From Octopus vulgaris (lineage: Eukaryota), in assembly GCA_951406725.2 (NCBI GenBank), contig OX597819.1, positions 128,402,001-128,466,000 of the forward strand: a stretch of DNA of 64,000 nucleotides, read 5' to 3'. This document shows positions 40,022 through 52,368 of this stretch, piece after piece. How positions within the stretch are numbered: the first letter of the stretch is position 1; every line of letters begins with the position of its first letter. The notes under the pieces are model-generated. The model saw only the letters and a program-made list of their open reading frames with translations. It did not search any database and was not told the DNA's origin. The position numbers and the translations under genes are program-made.

Positions 40022-40190
40022 AAGAAAAAAAGGTAGAAATGCTAATATAATTTTATCATGAAGTACGTTTTGTAAAGGTTAGTACCGGCTTCAATCTTTT
40101 CGGCTTTTTCGACTAAAGATATAACAAGAAAAACAATTAAATTGAAGAAAGAATTAGATAAAATGTTTTATAAATATTTCCATAATCTTC
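40022..40190 (-). ncRNA. Degenerate minus-strand hammerhead-like module (40079-40116)
   Basis: Minus: TTAG-TCGAAAA-AGCC-GAAA-AGATT-GAAG-CCGG-TA-CTAA; stem I TTAG/CTAA, palindromic CCGG stem III, abuts (TA)n. Confidence 0.4.
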
Positions 40191-40456
40191 AGATGAACAG
40201 AAAATTTCCTTCTCTCTTTCTCTCTCTCTCTCCCCTCCTCCTCCTCCTTCTTTGTGAAGGCTCGGTAGGTAGTAGCAGAAATGAAGAAATAGTGTAACGT
40301 TTTGAACCATGAAGAATTTGTACCGGATTTTTGCAGAGTTTGAATTTTTTTTTAATCATTTGTTTGCAATTGTCTGATAATACAGACATAGACTTGCCCA
40401 AATGCATCAATAAATTAACATTGATATTTTTTCACCGTTGTTACAATCATCTGAAA

Positions 40457-41455
40457 TGGAACTCTCAAAGCGCGATATTCGAGCAATTTTGCTATTCAAC
40501 TTCAAAAAAGGATGTAAAGCAGCTGAAACGAAACGTTTGGTGAGGAAATGGTTTAAACGAATTCACAGTGGAGACCTGAACCTTGAAGATCGTGAGCGTA
40601 GTGGACGCCCATCTGTCATCGATGACGGTCAATTAAAGACCGTCATTAAGAAAGATCCACGTAAAACCACTTGTGAGCTGGCAAAAGAATTTCAAGTTAG
40701 CCAGAAAACTGCCAGCAACCATTTGCATGCGATCGGAAAATCAAGAAAGCTCGACAAATGGGTACCACACGATTTGAATGAAAATCAGAAAATGTGCAGG
40801 TATGAAATTTGCTCGATGAAAAGTGGATTCTGTACAATAATAGAAAACGTTCTTTGCAGTGATTGAACCAAAATGAAGTACCGAAAACCTTCTCTAAACC
40901 CGAGCTCTTCAAAAAGAAAATTATGGTGACTGTTTGGTGGTGTACCATTGGACTCACCCACTATAACTTCTTAAAACCCGGTAAAACTATTACTGCAGAA
41001 ACATATTACCATGAATTTGCCAAAATGAACGAAAAACTGCTACTTCTCCGTCGCAGACTGGTCGGCAGAAGAGGGTCAATCATTCTTCATGACAATGGTC
41101 GACCACACGTTTCACTAATGACGCTCCAGATTTTGAAGGAACTTAGCTATAAAGTTCTTCCCCACCCAGCTTATTCCCCAGATCTTTCTCTTACCGACTA
41201 CCACTTTTTCAAGCACCTTGATGGTTTCCTGTGAGAGGAGCTCAAAAATCAAACCGATGCTGAAAGTGCGTTGAAAGAGTTCATCAGCTCCAGAACTCCA
41301 GATTTTTATGCCACCAAAGTAAACAAAATCGTAACTCGTTAGCAAAAATATGTTGATTGTAATGGTGCTTACTTTGACGAATAAAATGTTCGCTCTGTTG
41401 AAATATGTTGTGATGAATTTCATGTTTCAAAACGTTGCTTACTTTTTACTCAGCC

Positions 41456-41458
<3 letters not shown>
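40457..41458 (+). mobile_element. mariner (DD34D-type) transposon, decayed
   Basis: MELSKRDIRAILLFNF, RSGRPS, KWVPHDL, ILHDNGRPH, HPAYSPDLSLTDYHFF; deletions and frameshifts. Confidence 0.92.
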
Positions 41459-41514
<56 letters not shown>

Positions 41515-41521
<7 letters not shown>

Positions 41522-41628
41522 ATCACGTGACCGACCAGGGTATCAGATGTTGCTAAACATTGCTGGTCACAATGCTCTTCGCATTGTTTTAGCCTTCAAA
41601 TGACGCCACCCCGCTGGCTAAGCGACCC
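41515..41628 (-). mobile_element. Short probable RTE LINE 3' tail in (TA)n
   Basis: GC-rich block with ATCACGTGATCACGTGA terminus between TA tracts. Confidence 0.4.
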
Positions 41629-41633
41629 AATAC

Positions 41634-41692
<59 letters not shown>

Positions 41693-42874
41693 TTAGAGAC
41701 AAAACCACTATTATGCAAATCAAACAAAGAAAGACTTAATCCAATACATAAAAAATTTTATATAAATTAAATATAATTAAGATTAATTAAGATTAATTAA
41801 TATTATATTATATTTTACTATAAAATTGGATTCAATCATAAATCTGATTTTTCCCTGTAAATTTGGATTTATTCCCTAATATTTATTATTATTATATATA
41901 TATATATAACTATTGAAAAGGCTACAAGATGCAACGAAAATTTTAGAAAAATAAAAAAGAAATAAGTGGAAATTTTACCGGTGAATGTGTTAAATTATAA
42001 GGCACTAAAAGAGAATGACTTTCCCCAGACACAACAGAATATGCTTCAATACACGAACTCACATAAAGAATCCTGCAAACCAAATCCAAATACGACATAT
42101 GTATGTATATATGTATGTACACACACACACACACACGCACACACGTGTATGTGTGTGGGAGGTCTGTATATGTGCATGTATTCGTGTGTTTTATGTAAGC
42201 AGGAGAAAAGATAGATTGATATATAAAGTGAGCAGACTTTTCTTTTCTCCAGTTTCTCCAGTAAAAAGCACTCGTGTATCAGGACTGTTGGTACCAGTAA
42301 TTACAACATAAGTGTTTAGTACTATTCAACTCGCATCATGCTATCTCCGTTGTTCTTTGTGTTCGAGTGTCTTTATTTAATTCCCCAGTTAGTCAAGTAC
42401 TCGGCTGATAATGGTAATTATATTGTCGTGTGTTCTTTCTAGTGCAGGTTGTTTTCTTTAGTATTTTGTTTTGCTTTGCTTTGTGTTTTTTGTGGGGTTT
42501 TTTTTTTGTCATATGGTGATGGAATTACTCTGGGGTCTTTTGTTGGTGTTGCTTTATTTATTTTTTTTTTTTTTTTTCCTGAGGCGAAAGTAAAATAGTA
42601 TTTTTATATTTTTACCTATAGAAAGAAATGAAAGCAGGAATACTTCCCGAGCTCGAGTATTACGATGAATAAAGTAGTTAGAACACACATACATACATAC
42701 ATACATATATACGTACATACATACATATACACACGCATACATACATACACACACATACATACATACATGCACACACACACACATACATACATACATACAT
42801 ACATACATACATACATACATACATACATGCATACATACATACGCACACACATACAAACACACACGCGTGTGTGT

Positions 42875-42941
<67 letters not shown>

Positions 42942-43059
42942 TATATATATATAGTCTTTAACATTTTAACTAGTTTCAGCCGCAGTCATACTCATTTACT
43001 CTTTAACTAGTTTCAGCTTGAAAGCCGCGGTCATGCTGGGGCACCACCGCTGGCTTTGA

Positions 43060-43290
43060 AGCACCTCTATTATTTGAAAGCCTCCTCTGATATGTGGCAT
43101 TTGGTGAGTGAGGAAGTTTCATGCTGCTGCCCTCATCTCTGTATCCTGTCGTGAGGTACACAAACAGGACAGGGCGCCAGTGCATGGTGCCGAGGATCTC
43201 AACCAGATACTGCAACGGCGTGGGTTTCAGGGGCCCAAAGCTATTCAACATCCATCGAAAATGCCTCAGGGACTCCGTTTATATCTGTAC
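43060..43290 (+). mobile_element. CR1/Jockey-like LINE 3' coding remnant
   Basis: NRTGRQCMVP...RYCNGVGFRGPKLFNI..KCLRD resembles the CR1-group C-terminal F..RG..LFN.LP motif. Confidence 0.55.
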
Positions 43291-43345
43291 AAGCCGACGA
43301 AACTACAGACTGTGCAATGCGTGCCCAACTGCCGATCATAAGATA

Positions 43346-43862
43346 TACTCTTTACTCTTTTACTTGTTTCAGTCATTTGACTGCGGCCCCTTTAGTCGAC
43401 CAATTCGACCCCGGGACTTATTCTTTGTAAGCCCAGCACTTATTCTATCGGTCTCTTTTGCCGAACCGCTAAGTGACGGGGACGTAAACACCAGCATCGG
43501 TTGTCAAGCAATGCTAGGGGGACAAACACAGACACACAAACACACGCACATACATACATACATATATATACACACATATACGACAGGCTTCTCTCAGTTT
43601 TCGTCATAAAGAAATTGGTATTTAATTAAGGCGGTGAGCTGGCAGAAACGTTAGCACGTCGGGCGAAATGCTTAGCGGTATTTCGTCAACCGTTACGTTC
43701 TGAGGTCAAATTCCGCCGAGGTCGATTTTGCCTTTCATCCTTTCGGGGTCGATAAATTAAGTACCACTTACACACTGGGGTCGATGTAATCGACTTAATC
43801 CGTTTGTCTGTCCTTGTTTGTCCCCTCTATGCTTAGCCCCTTATGGGAAATAAAGAAATAAG
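43346..43862. mobile_element. Partial CORE SINE (minus, 43346-43605) followed by Meta-like SINE (plus, 43628-43862)
   Basis: Matches to other copies in window. Confidence 0.8.
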
Positions 43863-44427
43863 GATTTAAACATGCGCATTTCATTCACTGCTATGCGCAT
43901 AAACTTAACTTAGTCTTGAGTAAAAGTGCCAAGAAGGTGAGTGGAGTAAAAATGTTTTTTTTCTTATTTAGTAAATTTACATCTTCCAGTACCGAGCAGA
44001 AAAAAACGTTTTCAGGCAATTTAATGTCAGTATTCTATCCCTGTGCGAAACAATACGGTGCTATAGATCAAGAACTGTGTCAGCTTATTGCATGAAAGCT
44101 TGAGAAATGCCTTCACAAGTATTCTAAGCTCTAGGGATGAAGAAACACTTTGTCAAACAGACATTGCCAAAATTGAATGATTTCACATTCACGTTTTTCA
44201 TCAAATGCTTTCATAACATTCTTTCTCTGGCTGGAAATGTCTTTGATATCCTCCAGTGTAAACTACTCGACATAAAGCAGGGTCAAAGTAAAGTAAACGA
44301 CTTCATTCATTGTGTTGAAGGTTATCTATCATAAGGACGAACGGAATAAAAACATTCTGCACGATACAGCTGCTGTCGTTGATGGCTTTTGAGAAGTCCA
44401 CCGAGAAACCATGACCACATTGTTTCT

Positions 44428-44721
44428 AACCAGAATTTTATTCCATCCTCATCTATCAATCATCTAGAGTCAACATGGATGATAATACCTGGTGGAATAT
44501 TTTCTTTTGGCATTGTTTTCCGTTTGGAATATGAGCAAAGGTGGTAATTCGGTGTTACCAGTGCAGGTCAATGCACATGTCAAATGTCATTTCTCACGAC
44601 CGGAGGTTTTGATAGCCACAGTTTTGTCATCTTTCACGTCAACACACTTATTGGTCAGTATATGAAACCTCACGAGAGCTTTATCCATATTTGCAATGTG
44701 TCCCAGTTCAATATTTGTTGT
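44428..44721 (-). mobile_element. Internal pogo transposase fragment, paralog of ~35768-36078
   Basis: Reverse complement closely matches AACAACAAATATTGAACTGGGACACATTGCAAATATGGATAAAG...ATTATCATCCATGTT..ATGGATGAGGATGGA. Confidence 0.85.
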
Positions 44722-44987
44722 TCGATCCTCCTCCTAGATAAAGAGTCAGAGGTGCACAAATTAATTACAAAACTACCTATTTTGAAGTAATTGCTAACAT
44801 TCTAATGTCCGTACGATAGAGATTTTTTCTGGCATTCAGAAGTATGCATTTTTTTAAGTACTAGACATTAATAAGTTTGAAGAGTTTGCTGATTCGTTTC
44901 CCATACAACATGCAAACTCTCTAGAAAACTAGCATCCATATATTGTTGACTGTAAAAGCTTAGTGAACGAGCCAACCTCGTGAGTAC

Positions 44988-45160
44988 CGCCAGCGATTTT
45001 TTTCCTGTCTTCCCTTCTCGGGATCTTTCCTTCTCCTATGTTTCCGACGAAGAGCTCCGCTCGAAACGTTAAACCCTCCTTCTTCCCTTCTTTCCTGAGC
45101 GTCCAATAATACTTTATTTGTTCCACGTCCTCGCGTTGTTGTGTTTTCTTGTTTGGATTA

Positions 45161-45166
<6 letters not shown>
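44988..45166 (+). ncRNA. Penelope-like mini module with minimal hammerhead motif (45040-45074)
   Basis: GTTT-CCGACGA-A-GAGC-TCC-GCTC-GAAA-CG-TT-AAAC; followed by TTCCTGAGCGT as in the 39772 family; ends in (TA)n; interrupts the hAT remnant. Confidence 0.65.
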
Positions 45167-45225
<59 letters not shown>

Positions 45226-45801
45226 CCAGTGATTTCAGCTAGTGCTGACCATCCCCTTAACATTAATCGCAAATGAGAGAAGTTTCTCGACGCTGGATCG
45301 AATCCGCTCATATCTGAGAAGCACAATGGCCCAAGAACGGCTGTCTTCACTGGCTCGTATTTCCATCGAGAAAAGCATTTTGAACGACTTGGACAACAAG
45401 AAGGAGCTGCATGACAGAATATTACACGAGTTCGCCATGAAACCAAAACGACTGGAGTTCGTGTATAAATGAAGTAATTTTTATATTAAAACTATATTTT
45501 TGTTGCATTCTTTCGTTAGAAGCAGAAAACTTACTTACTGTTGAGTTATCAATGCACATATAAGTTTGCGGTGTGCATTACGTCTCTTACCTTCTTGATA
45601 TATGTCTTATACGAAATCCGGGATGAGCCCGAGTGACGCTGATGACCTGGAGTCGCCTCCGCCGAGGTCGACTTTGCCTTTCATCCTTTCGGGGTCGATA
45701 AATTAAGTACCAGTTGCGCACTGGGGTCGATGTAATCGACTTGATCCCTTTGTCTGTCCTTGTTTGTCCTCTCTGTGTTTAGCCCCTTGTGGGTAGTAAA
45801 G

Positions 45802-45846
<45 letters not shown>

Positions 45847-46639
45847 CACACACACACAAACAAAAAAATCATACATGTGTGTGTGTAGTTTTTGCATATC
45901 ACCGCTTGGCGCCATGTCTGCTTGTTTACGCGCTGTAACTTAGTGGTTCAGTGAAATAGCAACAGAGATCTTGCACAGAAAACCGTCAACACTACGCAGT
46001 TTGTGAGGCAATTCTAAATTTCTTTACATAAAGATACAACATAACGCTGAATGCAAGCAATAATAAACACAGAATGGGGGGAGACTGTACGCCGACGATG
46101 GCAAAACATTTTAGCCCAACATGTTGAAATTTTAGTTTCTTTAACAATCCTGATATTACAGTGTCACTTACGTGTAGGCATGTATTTTGGCTTTAGGTAA
46201 ACTTTCTACATTGCAAGAAATTCTTCTTCAAAGTCCATCAGGTGTTACCTAAAAATTTATGGCGTGTTACAGCCAACATGTGGAGTACAGGTTCGTCATC
46301 ACAAAACTACGTTGTTGCTCGAAATAGCAGTTCAATATATCTTAACTTACACCCTACCACCTTAAAAACATGAATATGATCTTAAATATATTGCATATAG
46401 AACACAAATAGGACGAAATGATCGCTGTTGCAATATGTTTTGATCATAGGTCTGCTTAATCAGACGTGACCCGGGACAACGATAAAACATGCAAATCGAA
46501 ATTACTTATAGTTTGGTAAGTGGTAACTTACTAGAAATAGAAAAGCGCAAGGTGAATCTCTTTCGTATTTCTATATTCTCGAGTTACAAAACCATCAAGA
46601 TCGACTTCGCTTGCTGTCTTACACTCTACTAAAGCAAAA

Positions 46640-47105
46640 AACTGGCAGAATCATTAGCACACCGGACAAAATTCTTAACGGTATTTCGTCCAGCGAGCTG
46701 GCATAAGGCGGTGAGCTGCCAGAAACGTTAACACGCCGGGCGAAATGCTTTGCGGTATTTCGTCTGCCGTTACGTTCTGAGTTCAAATTCCGCCGAGGTC
46801 GACTTTGCCTTTCATCCTTTCGGGGTCGATAAATTAAGTACCACTTACGCACTGGGGTCGATATAATCGACTTAATCCCTTTGTCTGTCCTTGTTTGTCG
46901 TCTCTGTGTTAAGCCCTTTGTGGGTAGTAAAGAAATAGGTATTTCGTCCGGTTTTAAGTTCTGAGTTCAAATTCCATTGAGGTTGACTTTGTCTTTCATT
47001 CTTTCGGGGTCGATTAAATAAGTACCAGTTGAATACTGGTGTCGATGTGATCAACTCACCACCACCACCTCCAAACTGCAGGTCTTGTGACAAAATTTTG
47101 AACCA
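46640..47105 (+). mobile_element. Young Meta-like SINE nested inside an older copy
   Basis: Duplicated GGTATTTCGTCC at 46680-46691 and 46938-46949 flanks the inner copy; the older copy resumes after it. Confidence 0.85.
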
Positions 47106-47199
47106 ATCTTACATATTCCACTAGAGTAAGGAAGAAATCGAATAAATCAACGATACTCCTTGTACCAATATAAGAAATCATTATTTATAAAGCTTAGGT

Positions 47200-47311
47200 T
47201 TAAATTGCAAACCAATCTATCAGCTTCCTTTATTAATTAAAATGTTACAAGGAGAAACTGATCACTATGACGTCATAAAGACAAACCTGCTTTTTGAATC
47301 TTTGCCGAGGT
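47200..47311 (+). promoter_or_regulatory. Candidate promoter and short non-coding first exon of the OTU-like gene
   Basis: CCAAT at 47212, perfect CRE palindrome TATGACGTCATA at 47266-47277, donor GAG|GTAAGC at 47310, acceptor TACAG| ending 47478, 18 nt before the ATG. Confidence 0.5.
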
Positions 47312-47496
47312 AAGCGAAATTTCGACCACAGCAACAGTTTTGTTTAAAGTAATAATTCTTGAAGGTTGTTGATGCTGTTTGCATCAAGATCAGTCGTTTT
47401 CAAACGTTGATTTTTTTTTTAAACAAAGCTTCGTAATTTATTACTATTATTATTTTAAATAATTGCGAGAGACTACAGATTTCATTCTTTATATCG

Positions 47497-48081
47497 ATGG
47501 ATGCTAATACACCTTATCACACAACGAGAAATCGGAGAGGAAGAAGAAAACAGTTCACTGACTTCATTATATGCCCTACAATTGGACGCACTCGTATAGA
47601 TTTAGCGGACAGAACGGTTACGTATGCCGAGGTGACCGGCGTGAATTCACTATTTCGCGTTGTGAGCAAAATTTTGACGGGAAACGAAGATCATTTCCTC
47701 AAATTCCGTCTATTGCTGACAACATTTGTGGACATCTTTCGAAACCTCAATTTCAACTGGCATAGTATGAATCCCAACACTGCATTGAAAAATCTTAGCT
47801 CTGGGAGAACAATCGATTTAGATGTTATCTTTCAAGCTCTCGCTACGTTGCTGAATTGCCGGATCTATTTGTATACGAATACCTATCCGAATAGTTATTC
47901 GTGGCTACGCTACGACACCCTATTAGCGGCAAAAGACTCGGACCGATCCACCGTTAATCGGTTTAGAAGCAACCGACTCCTTATATTCATAAAGACTAGA
48001 GCCGACAAATTTGCTATAGCTTCAGGAGTGCAGCCATTCATTGATCTTCCTTTACCAGCTGATCTCAGAAATTTGCTCTAA
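47497..48081 (+). CDS. Intact single-exon ORF, OTU (ovarian tumour) domain-like protein, predicted catalytically inactive
   Basis: 194 aa of normal complexity in non-repeat DNA; GVNSLFRVVSKILTGNEDHFLKFR aligns to OTU DGNCLFRAxS..L.G....H..LR, IFQALATLLNCRIYLY to the ei.Ala.ll...I.vy helix-strand, LIFIKTRADKF to the His strand; AATAAA at 48112. Confidence 0.7.
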   Translation: MDANTPYHTTRNRRGRRKQFTDFIICPTIGRTRIDLADRTVTYAEVTGVNSLFRVVSKILTGNEDHFLKFRLLLTTFVDIFRNLNFNWHSMNPNTALKNLSSGRTIDLDVIFQALATLLNCRIYLYTNTYPNSYSWLRYDTLLAAKDSDRSTVNRFRSNRLLIFIKTRADKFAIASGVQPFIDLPLPADLRNLL

Positions 48082-49939
48082 AACAAAATTCATATCACAA
48101 AAGATAATCGAAATAAAAAAAAAAATCAGTATCAATAACAGAGTAAACGTGACTATGAAATGAGAAAAAGTTCAGTAATGATAATTAGAAAAAAAAAACA
48201 TGAACATCTACTCTCGATTCTCCATTCTTGCTTTAGGTGAAATAGTGTCAGTATTAATAAATGCTGCTTGCCAATGACAATGGTAGGTAAACTACACAGC
48301 TCGAAGTATTTTCGTTATTGTAATCAGGAATGAGCCAAACCTTGAGGTTTGTATAGGAAGAAATAGTTTACTTCCCTTTATAGTAAACTTTTGCGGGAAA
48401 AGTCAATTAAACAACAATATAATTTTATTTTAATTCATAATTAATTCTATCTTTTGTTTTCACTCCCGGGGTTCGATTCCCAGTTACTAAAACCATTCTT
48501 AAATATATATGAATATCACAGAAACCTCACTTATTGTTTTTTTCCCTCTCCTATAACTAAAGCTCAAACACTTTATACATCTATGTAAAGTTGCTATTTT
48601 TCCGTGAATGGTGACGACCGTGACACACCAATAAGATTTTGACAAAACAGTTCGCGCCTGCTTTCGATTTCTGATTGCGGATCCACTTAATTTAGGTAGT
48701 CAGCTCTTTAATTTCCTAGTTCTCGTCCTTGAAAGTTCCATAACTTAACAAAAGTATTGTTTGTTTGCTTTAAACTTCCTTGCTAATTCTAATAGTTTAT
48801 TATGTTGGTAGAGGTAAGGTTCCTTTTTAAACTTCAGCAATACTAAAGAAGAAAACCTCATTTAAAGTTTTGAGTAATTTGTAATTAATTTAAATCAAAT
48901 CTATTGATTTGATTTAAATTAGTTGTCAGGTATTTTGACAATTCATTATAAGTGAAATGATTTTATCCTTTATTTTCTATCTTTTTTTCCCTTTAGTAGA
49001 AAAAGCAAGTTAACTTCACTTACACCATTTATACTCTTTCCCAAGCGAATTAAAATGAATATTAAACGGTATATCAGTCAATGTTTGATATAAGATGCAT
49101 TTTATTCTAAACAGCTTACAATGCTTGAAGTGCTGTTGGTGTTGTTGCAAAAATAAAACCCGAAAGGCCTCTACCTGAAAAGAAAAACAGTCTAGAACTC
49201 TCATATAAACTGTTCTTTCTTCTTTAAGCTATCAGGGTAAGGGGAACGAAATTCATAGCCGATCTGGGTGAGATCTGAAATCACAACCGTTAAGCACCAA
49301 ATGTGTTATCTATTCTCTCATGAAATAATCTAATCGCTTTTTCTATCATCGTATGTACCAACTAACTCGAGCGTCCAAACTTTACATATCAAATTAATCT
49401 ATATGACTAAATATGTATTTTACTTTTAAAGAAAGACGATAAAAATTGTAGCGGGTGAATTATTGAAACAAATAGCAGTGGACTCTGTGTCGTCTGATGT
49501 AGTCATATGTGACTAAATATTTATAATTCGCTATTTTTGAATGCATGAAATCAATGAACATACGAAACATGATTCGCCATATTTAACATGTGTTGTTGTT
49601 ATTTTACATAACATGTCATTTATCACAGGGAATTCTAATCGTTTCTATTAGTATTGTAGATAAATGGTTAATATTGATAAGCAAGGGATTCCAGTTTGGT
49701 GGCCAACCATTTGGAACTAAGGGAATACAATTGCTGCTGATCATCCGATTTTTATCTTCAGGATTAGAGGGGCTCATAGCGAAACGGGGTCGTTTCTCTC
49801 GAGTTTTATCAATAAAATTTCGTTTAATTTCATTTTTCTATACCTTAGTCAATTATTTTACAATTCTATAGAGATATATGGCAGCTCGTGGTGACCCGTG
49901 GCTTTAAAGAACAAAATGTAATTAATAATAATAATAACA

Positions 49940-50143
49940 ATGCGACCACTGCCCCATCTATGCTGTTCCATTCAAAGAAAGACCAAATATGCTGGTGCAT
50001 CGCCAGATAAATATATGACTGCTCGACCACATTTTCGAATCGTGCATGCGGAAAGCTATTCATTGTATAAGAGAAAGGCGGAGGGTGATACTTATGACAT
50101 CGGGGCACGCATCGATTCGCTAGCATCAATCGAAATTGGAGAT
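49940..50143 (+). CDS. Candidate first coding exon of an unidentified spliced gene
   Basis: 68 open codons from ATG (in-frame TAA at 49919) ending exactly at a phase-0 GTAAGT donor (50144); upstream acceptor TTCTATAG| at 49870. Confidence 0.45.
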
Positions 50144-50599
50144 GTAAGTTAACAATTTAGATTCTAATCAGAAAATTTGACAAGAATTGCGAAGAGGTGG
50201 GAGAGAAGAAGAAGAGTAACAAAAAGGAAGGGAGTAAAAAAAAAACAATGTCTTTAAAAATATAAAAATATTGAATAATTTTTCTTTGTTTCACAAATAA
50301 AAGCTGAAAATAGCAAACAAATAATTTAAACAATTGATATTTCATTTATATCGTGGCTGCTTCTACATGCTTTTCGTTCCTTCTCTCTACCATACCATGC
50401 GCCCACCTAAACCTGTTCTTCCTGCCCCACTTCCTCCTTACTCTCTATTTCGATCAAACTCTCTTTCCACTATCAAGAAGCCAACTTAATCATCTGTTGT
50501 TCTTCAACGCTTGTACGGGCTTCAGTGGACACATGTTAGGGTCATTTGGCACGATAGATCTTCGATTCGTGATGTTTGACAATGAAATATCCTTTAATC

Positions 50600-51070
50600 A
50601 GCAGTAAACTGGCACACCACCACCACCACCGCCGCCACCAACGCCAACACCACCACCGCCACCGCTAACATACCTTCTTTGAATGCCATCATCATCATCA
50701 TCATCATAGTCATCTTCGTTATCGTCATCATCATCGCAATAACGTGAACAGTGTTTAACACGGGCTGGCCAAGAACGCCCAGACAACAACAACAACAACG
50801 ACGACGACAGCAACGGCAACAACAACGACAATAATAACTAAAGCAACAAACCACAGAAAAAGCCGTTTGAAGAAACACGCCCCCCGCCATAACTCCTATC
50901 TACAGAACTTGACATGAAGAGTTCGCGTGCTGACTACGTCCAGTCAATTGAAGATTATCATTGCCTCCGCTTCCCGCCCTCCCCCCAGCATCATGTCTGT
51001 CACTTCTCACCCCATTTACCTTGCCTACCCCAATTCTCTATCTATCTATTTATCCATCTATCTATATATC

Positions 51071-51116
<46 letters not shown>

Positions 51117-51540
51117 GCTACCAACCAATGTTATCTTCGCTTTTTCAACACAACTACCACCACTGCAAACCGACTCGTCGCCGCCGTCACCACCATCGCA
51201 CAACCACTATCCCCACCACCAGGAGCACCATCACCTACATAATGCCTACCACAACAACAACAACAGCAGTAACATGGCTGCCATCACCATCGCTGTCGTC
51301 CACACTACGAGTACCATTACCTTAATCACCATTACAACCTATCAACACTATCGCCGCCACCACCACCACCACCACTACAGTCATTCACTACTCTCCTCAC
51401 CACCACCACCACCACCATTATACTATCTTCACAGCAACGCCGACACCGCCATCACCGCCTCTACCTTCCACAGTACTGCCTGTACTAGAAGAGTGTGCCA
51501 CATCGTCACATTGCCGTTACATCGCCACTGCTGTTCTTAC
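50600..51540. repeat. (CAC)/(CAA)/(CAT) trinucleotide low-complexity region
   Basis: Direct reading; produces the poly-H/P/T/C ORFs. Confidence 0.85.
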
Positions 51541-52368
51541 CATTAACATAAGACAGAGAGAAAGAAAGAAAGAAAGAAAGAACGAGAGAGAGAGGTGGGG
51601 GGTAAAGAGTCGAGATGGCTTTGGTTCTAGTTTTAGCTTTTAAGCTAAATAAAGAGCAGGGAAGCGTTCAATTGGAGGGAAGTAGACGTATTATGAAATA
51701 TTAATGCAATAACATCTATGAGTGATCATAGACATTTAATTAGAATCTGCAAGGCAATTAGTGATTAACTCACGGAAAGAGAGAAGGACTTGTAACAGCA
51801 GTCGATGCTAGTGTGCATCTACAGAAATGGAGGTCGTTTGATTGGGTTAAGTGTGCATGGAAACAAAACTAAACAGGTTACTGGGGTCAGTGAACGAGAG
51901 AATTCGCTAACCCCGCCTACAGAATTCAAACGGGGGGGCCTCATACAAGTCTTTCCTTCCCACTTTTATTTATTTATTTATTTGGTCTCTTTATCTCCCC
52001 CTGAAACACTAACTGTAAATAAGTCAACAATAAATATAACTAAAAATAAATGTTATTAAACTAAGAATAAGAAGAACAACAACCGAAACCGTTCCTCCCA
52101 CATTATTAAAAACTCATTATTTGACTCGACTAATTTCTTATTTAACGTTCCACGGACATTAAAATACTAATACTACTGCTAATAATAATTATAATACTAA
52201 TTAATGACTTTTCATAGGCAATCGGCAAATAAAAAAAAATCGACAGTTGATTGGGGGAGATTATAATCGCTTAAACCAATCCCTAGTATCTGACTGGTAT
52301 CGATCCCCAGGAGACTAAAGATAACTAACCCGATGCAGGATATGACCTCATAACTGTAATTAAATACC

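Larger units (their letters stand above)
43960..45657 (+). mobile_element. hAT-family (ZMYM1-like) transposon remnant with nested insertions
   Basis: C-terminal dimerisation motif LTIPLT..ANERSFSTLDRIRSYLRSTMAQERLSSLARISIEK (45242-45472); upstream FTFFIKCFHNIL...FDILQ; CCTGGAGTCGCC putative TIR near 45646. Confidence 0.85.

Noticed and set aside
49495-49525. CTGATGT-AGTCA-TATG-TGACT-AAAT hammerhead-like hairpin
   Set aside because: Both core segments deviate and no stem I or III is present.
50914-51546. 210-aa His/Pro/Thr-rich ORF
   Set aside because: Built from (CAC)/(CAA) and (TA)n repeats with no domain signal.
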